From positions 1-55,292 of the forward strand of contig JAPVVG010000061.1 of assembly GCA_028571455.1 (NCBI GenBank): a stretch of DNA of 55,292 bases, given 5' to 3'. This stretch comes from Desulfobacteraceae bacterium (GTDB taxonomy: Bacteria; Desulfobacterota; Desulfobacteria; Desulfobacterales; ETH-SRB1). The translations under genes were made by a program, and so were the position numbers. Position 1 is the first letter of the stretch, and every line of letters begins with the position of its first letter. Under the pieces are notes generated by a model, which did not search any database, was not told the origin of the DNA, and saw nothing but the letters and a program-made list of their open reading frames with translations. Shown here piece by piece: positions 28,039 through 37,311 of the stretch.

Positions 28039-28707
28039 TTATTTGGTTTTCGAAACACTGATATCTACGACCTGCGATATGGGTACAGGAATTTCATCTA
28101 CATAGAGCAACGGGAATATCCCCTCTAAGTTCACCGCGGTTACCTGACCGGTAATCTGTGTTTCCACAGGCAATAACTGCCCATTCTCTGTCATGGCCGT
28201 GATTTCAAAGCCATAGACACCAGCCTCCTGCATATTTCCCGCATTATCGCGGCCATCCCACTCAAAATCATGCCTGCCCGGTTGCAGATGTCCCAGAGAT
28301 ATTTTCCTGACAGGATATCCATTTGTGTCGGTTATCATGACACTACAATCAGCCATATCATCTATCTTAAAGCTGCCCATGGAAGTTTCACCCTGTTTTA
28401 ATGACAGCATTTCACCTTCAGCTACAATCTCTTTTCCGATAAAATCCAGAGACTGAAAACGGGAGTCCTGGTCCTGACCGGATTTTATTAACTCAAGATT
28501 CCGGTCGATACTGAAAAGTTGCTCCAGGCTGCTGAATTGTGCCAGTTGTGCAGTAAATTCTGCGCTTCCAAGCGGGTTTAAAGGATCTTGATGTTTTAGT
28601 TGTGCTACAAGCAGTGTCAAAAAATCCTCCTTTCCCAGTTCCATTTCGGGAGCAGAAGAAGAAGAAGATGTCTCCCCATAAGTTGCTCCAAATCCTTCTA
28701 TAAACAT
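28039..28707 (-). CDS. flgD: hook capping/assembly protein FlgD
   Basis: The motif DFLTLLVAQLKHQDPLNPL is present. I chose the start at MFIEG because GGGAGG lies 8 nt upstream. The ORF-track start at 28764 runs into a palindromic repeat. Confidence 0.9.
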   Translation of the reverse strand: MFIEGFGATYGETSSSSSAPEMELGKEDFLTLLVAQLKHQDPLNPLGSAEFTAQLAQFSSLEQLFSIDRNLELIKSGQDQDSRFQSLDFIGKEIVAEGEMLSLKQGETSMGSFKIDDMADCSVMITDTNGYPVRKISLGHLQPGRHDFEWDGRDNAGNMQEAGVYGFEITAMTENGQLLPVETQITGQVTAVNLEGIFPLLYVDEIPVPISQVVDISVSKTK

Positions 28708-28737
28708 GGTTCTATTCCTCCCTTCCTTATTTAGTGC

Positions 28738-29112
28738 CTGAACGAAAACCCCTCTTTTTGTCATTTCGACCGTAGGGAGAAATCTTTAATGCCTGTATTT
28801 TCAGTATGATAAGATTTCTCGCTTTGCTCGAAATGACAGCTTTGGTTAGTTTTCGTTCAGACACTATTTAGTATACGTTCAGAGTTCTAAGTTCTGGGTT
28901 CCCTTTATTTTGTTAACCTTTACTAACCCTGAACCGTTGAACGATTCTGTCCCCGCCAGACTGACGGCGGGCAAGCTCTGACCTCTGACCTCTGACCTCT
29001 GACCTCTGACCTCTGTCCTCTGACTTCTGACTTCCGACCTCAGACCTCTGACTTCTGACCTCAGACCTCTGCCTGCCCGCCGTCCTTCTGGCGGGACCTC
29101 CGACCTCTGTCC
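28738..29112. repeat. palindromic element (arms 28760-28785 / 28812-28837) plus hairpins and CTGACYT array between fliK and flgD
   Basis: gtcatttcgaccgtagggagaaatct pairs with agatttctcgctttgctcgaaatgac. An outer inverted repeat ctgaacgaaaac/gttttcgttcag is also present. Hairpins lie at 28952-28971 and 29072-29097. Confidence 0.92.
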
Positions 29113-29117
29113 TAACC

Positions 29118-30848
29118 CTATACTATTAAATCCAATAAACAATCGCCTCTTGACACAATCCGCTGCATGATTTGTGATTCACTTTCTCCAATGAATGGAA
29201 TCGAATTCATCCCTTTATTCCACCTCTGATTCTGCTTTGTCGACTCCTTTGAGTCAGCCAGGGACTGGCCAAAATTGTAATTGATCTGAACATCTAATTT
29301 GTCGAGCTTTACCCCCTGTTCCACCAGGGCATGTTTGAGCTCATGGACATTGGAAAGCAGGAGTTCCTTTACCGAACTATTCTCAGCTATCATTCCAAGC
29401 TTCAGGATATTGCCTTTAATATTCATCTCGATCTTCACAGTCCCTAAGTCAGGGGGTTTCAATTGAAGTCTTATGACCCTTTCGCCCCTGAGAATAGACC
29501 TGGAAATCTGTTTTCCTACCTGATTAATCAAATAAGCCGGCAATAAATTCCTCGCAGACCCTGGCTGCTGTTTGACGTTATTGATGATATCTGAGGAGGT
29601 GGAACTTCCAATATTGCAGGGGACATCCATTTTACCTGTTTCTGATTTGATTATATGCCCCTCTTCTTTACCCCCCATCTTTAATGTGAGACCGGTATCG
29701 CGAGTCCGGGTTATTGAGCTTATCTCATTCTCGCTCAGATGAGACGGGCGGGCATTGGCGCCATTCTTTTTCAGAAGAGATGGTATATTCTCCTTTTCCG
29801 CTGCTTTATTCTTTCCTGTTTTCTTATTGGAATGTAAAGCGGTTAACTCCGGTCTGGAATCAGAATGTAAAGCGGTTAACTCCGGTCTGGAATCAGAATG
29901 TAAAGCGGTTAACCCCGGTCTGGAATCAGAATGTAAAGCGGTTAACTCCGGTCTGGAAAAGGATAATAGAGAAGATACGAGGCTCTCTTTTTCTGCGCTC
30001 ACAGCCACCTTTTCTACTATCTGGTCAATGGAAGCTTTTACATCAGCCGGCAACAGACCTCCTTTACCCGGGCCTCCTGCCATTTGTTCCAGCGCTGTTA
30101 TCAGGTCTTTGATTGAAACCCGGCCATCCATTTTCTTAGTTGGTATCTGAATTCCTATCCCTTCAAGTTTTTTTAAGACCTTGCAGACCACATCTCGATC
30201 AATAGTCACTTGATTTCTTTCAGGATCTCTTGGATTTATCTGGTTGCTGATCTCTTTTAATTTTATGACAAGTCTTTTCAGATCCAATTTCCCGCCTTCA
30301 AGTTTTGCATAGCTGAAAACATGATCCAGTTCTTTTGGCGACAGACCAAAATCTCTCAATAATGATTCAAGATGGGGAATAACCGAAATATCCAGGGCAA
30401 CAGGTTGATATGACTTTTTCTCAGGAGGTTCAAGCTCGGTTAGTTTATGGAAAAACTCGGACAGATTAATCTCTCCACTAAGTTTATTCTCGGCCAGTCC
30501 CTGTAAGAACTTTTCCACGCTTTCCTGGGAAAAACCACAATGGTAAAGAAATTTTTTTAACACAAAAAGATCCTTTTTGTTTAGAGAGATTTTATTTAAT
30601 GGTTTCCCCCTAACTAAAAGTCCTTTTCTGAGAGATTCAATATAGAATTTATATCCTTTTTTAAGGGCCGGTCCGGTTTGAGCAGGCCTGGTAGGATGAT
30701 GAAAGGGCTTTTTTTGAGCCGAATTCAGTAATTTCTGGATAGAGGCGAAAAAATCCCCTGTCCCTTTTACCGATTTTAAGAGACTCCCGTTATTGCCTCC
30801 CTGGCAATTAATGGGTGATGAAATAATTTTTAAGATTATTGGGTTCAT
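29118..30848 (-). CDS. fliK: hook-length control protein FliK
   Basis: 576 aa. The C-terminal FliK domain reads IRLQLKPPDLGTVKIEMNIKGNILKLGMIAENSSVKELL. The gene lies upstream of flgD-flgE and contains 3.8 copies of a 33-nt in-frame repeat. Confidence 0.85.
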   Translation of the reverse strand: MNPIILKIISSPINCQGGNNGSLLKSVKGTGDFFASIQKLLNSAQKKPFHHPTRPAQTGPALKKGYKFYIESLRKGLLVRGKPLNKISLNKKDLFVLKKFLYHCGFSQESVEKFLQGLAENKLSGEINLSEFFHKLTELEPPEKKSYQPVALDISVIPHLESLLRDFGLSPKELDHVFSYAKLEGGKLDLKRLVIKLKEISNQINPRDPERNQVTIDRDVVCKVLKKLEGIGIQIPTKKMDGRVSIKDLITALEQMAGGPGKGGLLPADVKASIDQIVEKVAVSAEKESLVSSLLSFSRPELTALHSDSRPGLTALHSDSRPELTALHSDSRPELTALHSNKKTGKNKAAEKENIPSLLKKNGANARPSHLSENEISSITRTRDTGLTLKMGGKEEGHIIKSETGKMDVPCNIGSSTSSDIINNVKQQPGSARNLLPAYLINQVGKQISRSILRGERVIRLQLKPPDLGTVKIEMNIKGNILKLGMIAENSSVKELLLSNVHELKHALVEQGVKLDKLDVQINYNFGQSLADSKESTKQNQRWNKGMNSIPFIGESESQIMQRIVSRGDCLLDLIV

Positions 30849-30891
30849 AATTTTTCACCAATCCTGTTCAAGGATTTGCTTATAATGAATT

Positions 30892-30907
30892 AGCAAATGT
30901 TATACCA
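30892..30907 (-). promoter_or_regulatory. sigma-54 promoter upstream of fliK
   Basis: The minus strand reads TGGTATAACATTTGCT. It lies about 45 nt upstream of the fliK ATG and is nearly identical to the pilZ promoter motif. Confidence 0.6.
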
Positions 30908-31105
30908 AAACCCAAAGATATGGAGATATTCTATTAATACAATAGGTTAAGAAAAGTACATGATGGCATTCAAGGGATGTGAATGTTTAAAAGGAAATAA
31001 TTTGCCCCCCAAAAAGGTTAAAAAGGAAAATATTTCCCTTTGAAATATTGACTTTTGAGATTCTTTATAGTAGGAATATTTAAGATATAAATTAGGAGTG
31101 TAAAA

Positions 31106-31297
31106 ATGACTGTCGAGGTTAGCAACAATTTGCCATTAACGGCCATTGTCCCGCTAAAGGATATTAGCCTTCAAAAAAATTTGAGCGCTAATCTGCCATC
31201 GCAAAATCCGCGAGATTTTGTTATCCTGGATAATCCAATAGAACTTGAGTCTGATACCTTCCGGGAAAAAGGAACATTTATAGATATCTATATCTGA
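31106..31297 (+). CDS. hypothetical 63-aa protein, the only credible internal plus-strand ORF
   Basis: AGGAG lies 8 nt upstream of the ATG. The ORF occupies an otherwise empty 666-nt gap between the ylxF-like gene and fliK. It has no recognisable motif. Confidence 0.4.
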   Translation: MTVEVSNNLPLTAIVPLKDISLQKNLSANLPSQNPRDFVILDNPIELESDTFREKGTFIDIYI

Positions 31298-31320
31298 GAA
31301 ACCTTCGCAAAATACCCATA

Positions 31321-31510
31321 CCTCCGACCTCTCTGGATTGTTGATTTATGATTGATGGAATCGCTCCTGTCTGCGTGCGGACACGCACAGGCAGGTTGCT
31401 CTATATCTTTTCAATCGACAATCATCAATCGACAATCATCAATCCTTGCTCCGACTTCTGACCTCCGACCTCTGTCCTCCGACCTCTGACTTCTGACTTC
31501 TGACTTCTGA
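31321..31510. repeat. composite block: GATTGAT-type arms, central hairpin, CAATCATCAATCGA repeats, CYGACYT array
   Basis: The architecture matches 8784-9066 (ggattgttgatttatgattgatgg...caatcatcaatccttgctccgac). Confidence 0.9.
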
Positions 31511-31514
31511 ACGG

Positions 31515-32090
31515 TTACTTTTTAAGAAGCCCTTCACTTATTTTAGCGGCTTTCTCTATATCCACAAAAGAAAGGATATCCCCAACAATATCTCCTTTCA
31601 TCCTGGAAAAAAGTTCAATGACAAGCTTTAAGTCCAGTTTTTCAATCAAGCTTGCTGCTTTCTGTGGTTTCATGGCCGAATATATCTTTATAAGATGCTT
31701 AAGTTTCCGGTCCTCACCAGTCTTTTTCACGGCCATTTCAGCTCTTATTTCATTCCTTAACCGGGTAAGCGCTGCGATTTTATTGTTTATCTCCTCCTGG
31801 AGAGCAACAAGTTGTATCTTTCTTTTTTCAAGATATTTTTCTTTTTCTTTGAGCTCAGCCTTCTTCCTGAGGAAACTCGAATTGATCGTTTTTTTCACGC
31901 CCGCCCTGGCTGAAGCCTCGCTACGCCGGGCGGGCTCTGCTGCCACTTCAGGATTTTTTGGGGGTTCTGATGCTATAGCAATTGTTCCCGTGAATAAGGA
32001 AGTAAATCGTATCTCGTAAAGAAAAATAGACCCCAATACAATCTTTACAATGATTAAGGAGGTCAGAAAAATCTGTATCAGCAACTTCAT
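31515..32090 (-). CDS. membrane-anchored coiled-coil flagellar protein with MgtE-N/MotE-like C-terminus (YlxF position)
   Basis: 191 aa. It has a TM helix, a coiled coil, and KHLIKIYSAMKPQKAASLIEKLDLKLVIELFSRMKGDIVGDIL. Its start overlaps the fliJ stop by 4 nt. Confidence 0.6.
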   Translation of the reverse strand: MKLLIQIFLTSLIIVKIVLGSIFLYEIRFTSLFTGTIAIASEPPKNPEVAAEPARRSEASARAGVKKTINSSFLRKKAELKEKEKYLEKRKIQLVALQEEINNKIAALTRLRNEIRAEMAVKKTGEDRKLKHLIKIYSAMKPQKAASLIEKLDLKLVIELFSRMKGDIVGDILSFVDIEKAAKISEGLLKK

Positions 32091-32530
32091 GCCTTTTCAC
32101 CCCTTCTTATTATAACCATTTCATCCATGTACTTTTGTTCCTCTTGCTCTAATCTTTTCATGTAATCTTTCAACTGTAAATCCTTTAAATTTTCCAGCGC
32201 CTTTTTCTTTATGGATTCCTTTTTTAAGATTTTTTCCTGCGCCTTTACTTTCTTTTCTTCCTCCTGAAAGTCCATATGAGCTCTTTCAAGATCGTGGTCT
32301 AACTTTTGCAAAAAGGCCTGATAGATTTTATACATGGAAACATCCAGGCCCTTCATCGCTTCATCTCTGCATTGAATTACGCTCTCTATTCTTTTCCCGG
32401 CCAACCTTTTAACTCTGTTTTCCCTCTCCATACGCTGGTTCCTGACATCGAATAAATCTCTCTGGGCCTTTTTTTCCAGGTAATTTCTGTAATTAAGTAT
32501 ATTATCAAGCCTGAAAGAAAATCGTTTCAC
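32087..32530 (-). CDS. fliJ: flagellar export chaperone/stalk FliJ
   Basis: 147 aa coiled coil. The N-terminus FSFRLDNILNYRNYLEKKAQRDL is FliJ-like, and an ATGA overlap links it to fliI. Confidence 0.8.
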   Translation of the reverse strand: MKRFSFRLDNILNYRNYLEKKAQRDLFDVRNQRMERENRVKRLAGKRIESVIQCRDEAMKGLDVSMYKIYQAFLQKLDHDLERAHMDFQEEEKKVKAQEKILKKESIKKKALENLKDLQLKDYMKRLEQEEQKYMDEMVIIRRGEKA

Positions 32531-33867
32531 TGGACAATCCGATCCTCAAACAGATCCTTCAACCGGTCAACACTTTCTTTAAAGCTCACCTTCTGGTAAA
32601 TATCCTGGCGTAGAAATGAATTAATTTTCCCGATAATCTTCTTGGCAACATCTATCTCCGGATCGCTGCCATCCACATAAGCGCCTATTCTAATCAAATC
32701 CTCCGCCCCCCTGTATGTAGAAAAAACTTCAATCAACTTTTTAGCATTATTATAATGCTCGGAGTCGATAATATCTTTCATTACCCTGCTAATACTTGTC
32801 AACACATCCACTGCAGGATAGTGTCCTTTATGGGAAAGGGATCGGGACAGCACTATATGCCCGTCTGCGACAGAGCGAACACAGTCTGTTATGGGTTCAT
32901 TCATATCATCGCCTTCGACCAAAACATTATATATTCCTGTAATGCTCCCTGTTTTTTCGACTGTTCCAGCCCTTTCAAGGAGTTTTGGTATCTCGCTGAA
33001 AACACTCGGGGTATAACCTTTTGCTGAAGGCGGCTCCCCTGCAGCCAATCCTACCTCCCTTAACGACATGGCAAATCTGGTAATAGAATCCATGACCAGG
33101 ATAACATCCAGGCCTTTATCCCTGAAGTATTCTGCCAGGGTGGTGGCTACATAAGCCCCTCTTATCCTTACCAGGGGAGGGGAATCAGACGTAGCCACTA
33201 CAACAACCGATTTCTTAAGCCCTTCTTCTCCAAGGGTGTTTTCGATGAATTCTCTCACCTCCCTGCCTCGCTCCCCGATCAAGGCCATTACAATGACATC
33301 CGCGGATGTATTCCTGGCTATCATACCGATCAGAACGCTCTTCCCTACACCGGATCCTGACATTATCGCTATCCTTTGACCCTTTCCAATAGTCAGCAGC
33401 GCATTGATAGAACATATCCCGACATCTATGACATCATGTATAATCTCCCGTTTCAAAGGATTAAGAACATCTGCATAGATCGGATATTCTTTTTCTCCCC
33501 TTATTATACCTTTCCCATCAATTGGGCGGCCAAGGCCATCTACGACTCTGCCAAGGTATGCCTCTCCGACCTGAACACCAGGCTTTTTACTTATTGCAAG
33601 GATTTGGCTTCCAGGCTTTATTCCTCTCATTTCACCAAACGGCATGATAATGATACTTTTTTCGTTAAATCCTACCACTTCAGCCTGGATATTGAGGCCT
33701 TCTGAATTTTTTATTGCACAAAGGCTCCCGACACTTAGTCTCGGTCCATTCGCTTGGGCAACAATTCCTGCAACCTTTACTATCTTCCCCGCCAATGTAA
33801 CAGCCTGGCATGAGTTTGCGGCGTTGAAATATTTATCCCATTTGATTTTGTAATTGTCATTAGTCAT
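32527..33867 (-). CDS. fliI: flagellar export ATPase FliI
   Basis: 446 aa with Walker A GSGVGKS and an F1-ATPase-like core. Confidence 0.97.
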   Translation of the reverse strand: MTNDNYKIKWDKYFNAANSCQAVTLAGKIVKVAGIVAQANGPRLSVGSLCAIKNSEGLNIQAEVVGFNEKSIIIMPFGEMRGIKPGSQILAISKKPGVQVGEAYLGRVVDGLGRPIDGKGIIRGEKEYPIYADVLNPLKREIIHDVIDVGICSINALLTIGKGQRIAIMSGSGVGKSVLIGMIARNTSADVIVMALIGERGREVREFIENTLGEEGLKKSVVVVATSDSPPLVRIRGAYVATTLAEYFRDKGLDVILVMDSITRFAMSLREVGLAAGEPPSAKGYTPSVFSEIPKLLERAGTVEKTGSITGIYNVLVEGDDMNEPITDCVRSVADGHIVLSRSLSHKGHYPAVDVLTSISRVMKDIIDSEHYNNAKKLIEVFSTYRGAEDLIRIGAYVDGSDPEIDVAKKIIGKINSFLRQDIYQKVSFKESVDRLKDLFEDRIVQ

Positions 33868-33957
33868 TGGTCATTTATCATTGGTCATTGGTCATTGGTC
33901 ATTGGTCATTGGTCATTTATCATTGGTCATCTGACCTCTGACCTCTGTCATTTGTCA
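33857..33957. repeat. (TCATTGG)n heptamer array spanning the fliH stop to the fliI start
   Basis: There are about 14 heptamer units, including variants gtcatta, atcattg, gacctct and gtcattt. Both the fliI ATG and the fliH TGA lie inside units. Confidence 0.95.
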
Positions 33958-34697
33958 ATCCCCCTTGCTTGCTCCAGGCTCTGGTAGACCTTCTCTAACC
34001 GGGTTTCAACACTGGCATCTATATCACCATAACAGGTTTCCAAAAAACAACCTCCTCTCGTGATGGAAGGATCGGAAGTAATAGATATTGACTTCAGGTC
34101 ATTGACTTCAGCAAAAAACTGTGTCCGCGATTTTTCAATATAATCGATATCCTCCGGATTGACCCTAAGAATGACTTTACTTTTTTCAACTGCAAAATGA
34201 AGTGCATTAAGAACAGTGTCCCTTATAGCATTTTTATCAGAAGCAATCTCGCGGTGGATAATCTTTTTGGCAACAACAAAAATGAGATCCAGTATTTCCT
34301 TTTCATACTGCTTTGGGATTTCTTTCGCAAGCCGGCTCAACTCAATCAAAATACTCTCAATATTTTCAATTAGCTTTGCTGCCTTTTTTTCTCCCAATTC
34401 AAGACCATCTTTTTCTCCCTGGGCAAATCCCTTCTCATACGCCTCCTGCTCTAAAAGAGCGGCCTTTTCTCGAGCCTCTTGCAAAATATTCTCAGCCTCT
34501 TTTCTTTTCTCAGGATTATCCCCGCCTTTTTCAAGTGGAATAAAATCCGCCTTTTCCGTATCCGGTGTTTGAATCTCGATAAAATCGGTTTCATTCCTTT
34601 TTCCGGTTAAAGCATGGGATCCAAAGGACTCCATTTCAAATTTTTCCCAGGGTTGCCCAATTTTTGCTATTTCTGTTGAATGGTTAGACAAAAACAT
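33948..34697 (-). CDS. fliH: flagellar export regulator FliH
   Basis: It has a FliH-like central region (EAYEKGFAQGEKDGLELGEK). The start is uncertain (34718 or 34697) and overlaps the fliG stop. Confidence 0.85.
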   Translation of the reverse strand: MFLSNHSTEIAKIGQPWEKFEMESFGSHALTGKRNETDFIEIQTPDTEKADFIPLEKGGDNPEKRKEAENILQEAREKAALLEQEAYEKGFAQGEKDGLELGEKKAAKLIENIESILIELSRLAKEIPKQYEKEILDLIFVVAKKIIHREIASDKNAIRDTVLNALHFAVEKSKVILRVNPEDIDYIEKSRTQFFAEVNDLKSISITSDPSITRGGCFLETCYGDIDASVETRLEKVYQSLEQARGIDK

Positions 34698-35703
34698 CCT
34701 CTTTACCCTTTCCGGCAAAAACTATTTTTCCCTCGGCCTCAAGCTTCTTGGCAATTTTTACAATACCTTGCTGGGTCTCTTCAACCTCGCTCAGCCTGAC
34801 AGGGCCCATGACCTCCATATCTTCCTTCAGCATTTCCGAAGCCCGCTCGGACAAATTACGAAATACCTTTTCTTTCATCTCCTCAGATGCTGTTTTTAAT
34901 GCCTTTGACAATAGCTGATTATCCACATTCTGCAAGATTTCCTGGAAATTTTTATCCTCGATCCCTAAAAGATCTTCAAAAACAAACATCTTTTGTTTTA
35001 TCTTGTCTGCCAGATCACTATCCTGTTGCTCTACGTAGGATAGGATACTTTCCTCTGTCTTATTATCAACCACATTCAACATATTAGCCAATGCCTGCAC
35101 CCCGTCAAATTTTCTTTTAGTAATTCCAGTCGTGGAAAGATTACTTTTAATTGTCTGATCAAGCTCTTTTACAAATTCATCTTGAACCTGGCACACATCT
35201 GTTACTCTGAAAGCAACATCCGACTTAATATTGTCAGGAAGGATGCTTAATATTTCTGCGGCCTTTCCTTCCGGAAGGTAAGACAGTATTAATGCAATAG
35301 TTTGAGGATGTTCTCCCTTAATAATATTGCTCAGACTGTCTGCCGGCATATATGCCAGATCACTAAAAGGGATATTGCCTGTTTCGTTGCCTATGACCTT
35401 AAATACCTCTCTTGCTGTTTCTTCATCCAGTGTCTCGCTCACAACCCGCTCAAGGAAATTCTTGCCGGAGACTACCAGGTTATCATCATTTTTAAAACTC
35501 GCTAAAAAGTTATTCATAACCGCATTCAGGGTTTCAGAAGGAATATAGGATATCTCTGACATATATTTCCCGATTTTTGTTATGCTTTTTTCATCTAATC
35601 CTTCAAAAAATGAATTGGTAAATTTCTCCCCTACGGCCAAAAGAAAGATAGCTGCCTTCTCAGGTCCTTTTAAACTATCAGGATTTAGTTTATTAGCCGC
35701 CAT
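34684..35703 (-). CDS. fliG: rotor/switch protein FliG
   Basis: 339 aa. It has GPEKAAIFLLAVGE and a charged torque-helix region near the C-terminus. Confidence 0.96.
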   Translation of the reverse strand: MAANKLNPDSLKGPEKAAIFLLAVGEKFTNSFFEGLDEKSITKIGKYMSEISYIPSETLNAVMNNFLASFKNDDNLVVSGKNFLERVVSETLDEETAREVFKVIGNETGNIPFSDLAYMPADSLSNIIKGEHPQTIALILSYLPEGKAAEILSILPDNIKSDVAFRVTDVCQVQDEFVKELDQTIKSNLSTTGITKRKFDGVQALANMLNVVDNKTEESILSYVEQQDSDLADKIKQKMFVFEDLLGIEDKNFQEILQNVDNQLLSKALKTASEEMKEKVFRNLSERASEMLKEDMEVMGPVRLSEVEETQQGIVKIAKKLEAEGKIVFAGKGKEDVFV

Positions 35704-35708
35704 TATTT

Positions 35709-37277
35709 CTATTCACCTATCCAGCCCTTAATCACTTCTCCGGTTTTTTCCGGATTGCTCGTGCTTATTTCAAGAACCCTTTCCTTTTGACTCATCCCTT
35801 CTGATTCAGAAATCTCCACATATCCTTTTGTGCCTGGCGGCAACTCTTTTCTTTCAAAAACAGCTTCTTTGGCAATACCCTTTACACTCTTTAGCAAGGG
35901 CCTGACTATAAGAAAAAAAGCCAGGATTATCAGGAACAGATTGACTATTATTTTTCTATATTTCGCCATCAGCATTATGGGATCAAAATTTTTGCTCTTA
36001 ACTGCATCCTTCATATCAACGGGTATTGAACCTGAAAATGGGATGGAACTCACTGAAACCTGATCCTCCCTGTCCTCATTATAGCCCATGGCCCTCCTTA
36101 CAATATCTTCAAACTTTTTTAATTCCGCTTCCGTTCTCGGGATATAATCTTTTTTCGTGGTTCCATCCTTTAATTTCTCTAATTTATAGGTCCCGTCAAT
36201 GACTGCGGCAACCGAAAGGCGTTTGACTGTTCCTGCCGGTTTTATAATTTCCCGGGTTATTTTGTTGATCTCATAATTTGTAGCAATATCCTTTTTTGTC
36301 TTTGTTCTCTGAGCCCCGGTTGAAGACGGTACAACACCGGTTCTCCGGTTAAGTAATGTCTGAGAAGTTTCGGCTTCCCGTTGGGCTGTACGCATTGTCT
36401 CTTCAAAATTTCTTTTGCTTCTAACTGCTGTCGCTAAAGGATCGTATTCCTCTTCATTTAAGATGATTCTATTGAAATCGATCTCAGCGCTCACCCTTAC
36501 TATCGCCTTGCCCGGGCCTACAATTCCTTCCAGCATGGTTTGGACATTTTCTTTTATCTCATTTTCAATATTTCTTTTATAGTCAAGTTGTCCATTACTT
36601 AAGAGAGAAGACGTGCCATCCCCTGTTTCCCCTTTAAAGATAACCCTTCCTTTTGTATCCACGACTGTGACATGATCCGGCTCAAGTCCTTCTACTGCAT
36701 TTGCAACTAAATGAACAATGGCCGCAACCTTGCCTGTCGGCAATCTTGATTCCAGATCTAACTGGATTGATGCAGATACCGGTTTTTTATCCTCAATAAA
36801 AAGTGACTCCTTTGGTATGGCTAAAAATACCGCGGAGGCTTTAACCTTTTTGAACAGGTTTATGGTTCTTGCCAACTCGCCTTGCAACGCCCGCCTGTAA
36901 TTCAATTCTTGAACAAATTTAGTTGTTCTAAAATCCGCCTTGTCAAATATCTCGAAACCTACATTTCCTCCATTGGGAAGCCCATCGCCTGCTAAAGACA
37001 GGCGCAACTCGTATACTTTTTCTGCCGGGACCATAACTATAGTCCCGTTAGCTTCAACCCTGTAAGGGATGTTTTTTTCTTTCAGTTTAGTAACAATGGC
37101 GCCTCCATCCTGCGGGGAAAGATTATTAAACAAAACCTGATAATTTTCCTGGTTTGCCCAGAAAAACATAAAGGCAAATCCCGTAATCACAAGGATAAGG
37201 GTAAAGGCTATGCTGATCTTTTTGGAAAAGGGTAATGAGCCAACAAAATCAATAAATTGAGTAATAGAACCATTCAT
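35709..37277 (-). CDS. fliF: MS-ring protein FliF
   Basis: About 522 aa counted from MNGSITQF. The ORF-track start at 37316 lies inside a palindromic repeat, so the true start is uncertain. Confidence 0.93.
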   Translation of the reverse strand: MNGSITQFIDFVGSLPFSKKISIAFTLILVITGFAFMFFWANQENYQVLFNNLSPQDGGAIVTKLKEKNIPYRVEANGTIVMVPAEKVYELRLSLAGDGLPNGGNVGFEIFDKADFRTTKFVQELNYRRALQGELARTINLFKKVKASAVFLAIPKESLFIEDKKPVSASIQLDLESRLPTGKVAAIVHLVANAVEGLEPDHVTVVDTKGRVIFKGETGDGTSSLLSNGQLDYKRNIENEIKENVQTMLEGIVGPGKAIVRVSAEIDFNRIILNEEEYDPLATAVRSKRNFEETMRTAQREAETSQTLLNRRTGVVPSSTGAQRTKTKKDIATNYEINKITREIIKPAGTVKRLSVAAVIDGTYKLEKLKDGTTKKDYIPRTEAELKKFEDIVRRAMGYNEDREDQVSVSSIPFSGSIPVDMKDAVKSKNFDPIMLMAKYRKIIVNLFLIILAFFLIVRPLLKSVKGIAKEAVFERKELPPGTKGYVEISESEGMSQKERVLEISTSNPEKTGEVIKGWIGE

Positions 37278-37311
37278 TCTGAAAGTTTCCTTTTTTAATC
37301 CTCCTAAACTT

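Noticed and set aside
28879-29142. ORFs of 60-136 aa lying wholly in repeat blocks (28879-29142, 42864-43073, 45469-45786, 45476-45685, 54411-54821, 8808-9026, 53715-53912, 20201-20416).
   Set aside because: Their translations are just cyclic heptamer peptides (SEVRGQR..., LLVAGYW...). They have no start context. They exist only because the arrays lack stops in that sense.
30960-31105. A possible sigma-70 promoter (TTGACT / TATAGT, TTGAAA) for the plus-strand ORF at 31106.
   Set aside because: No -35/-10 pair with acceptable 16-18-nt spacing could be assembled by eye.
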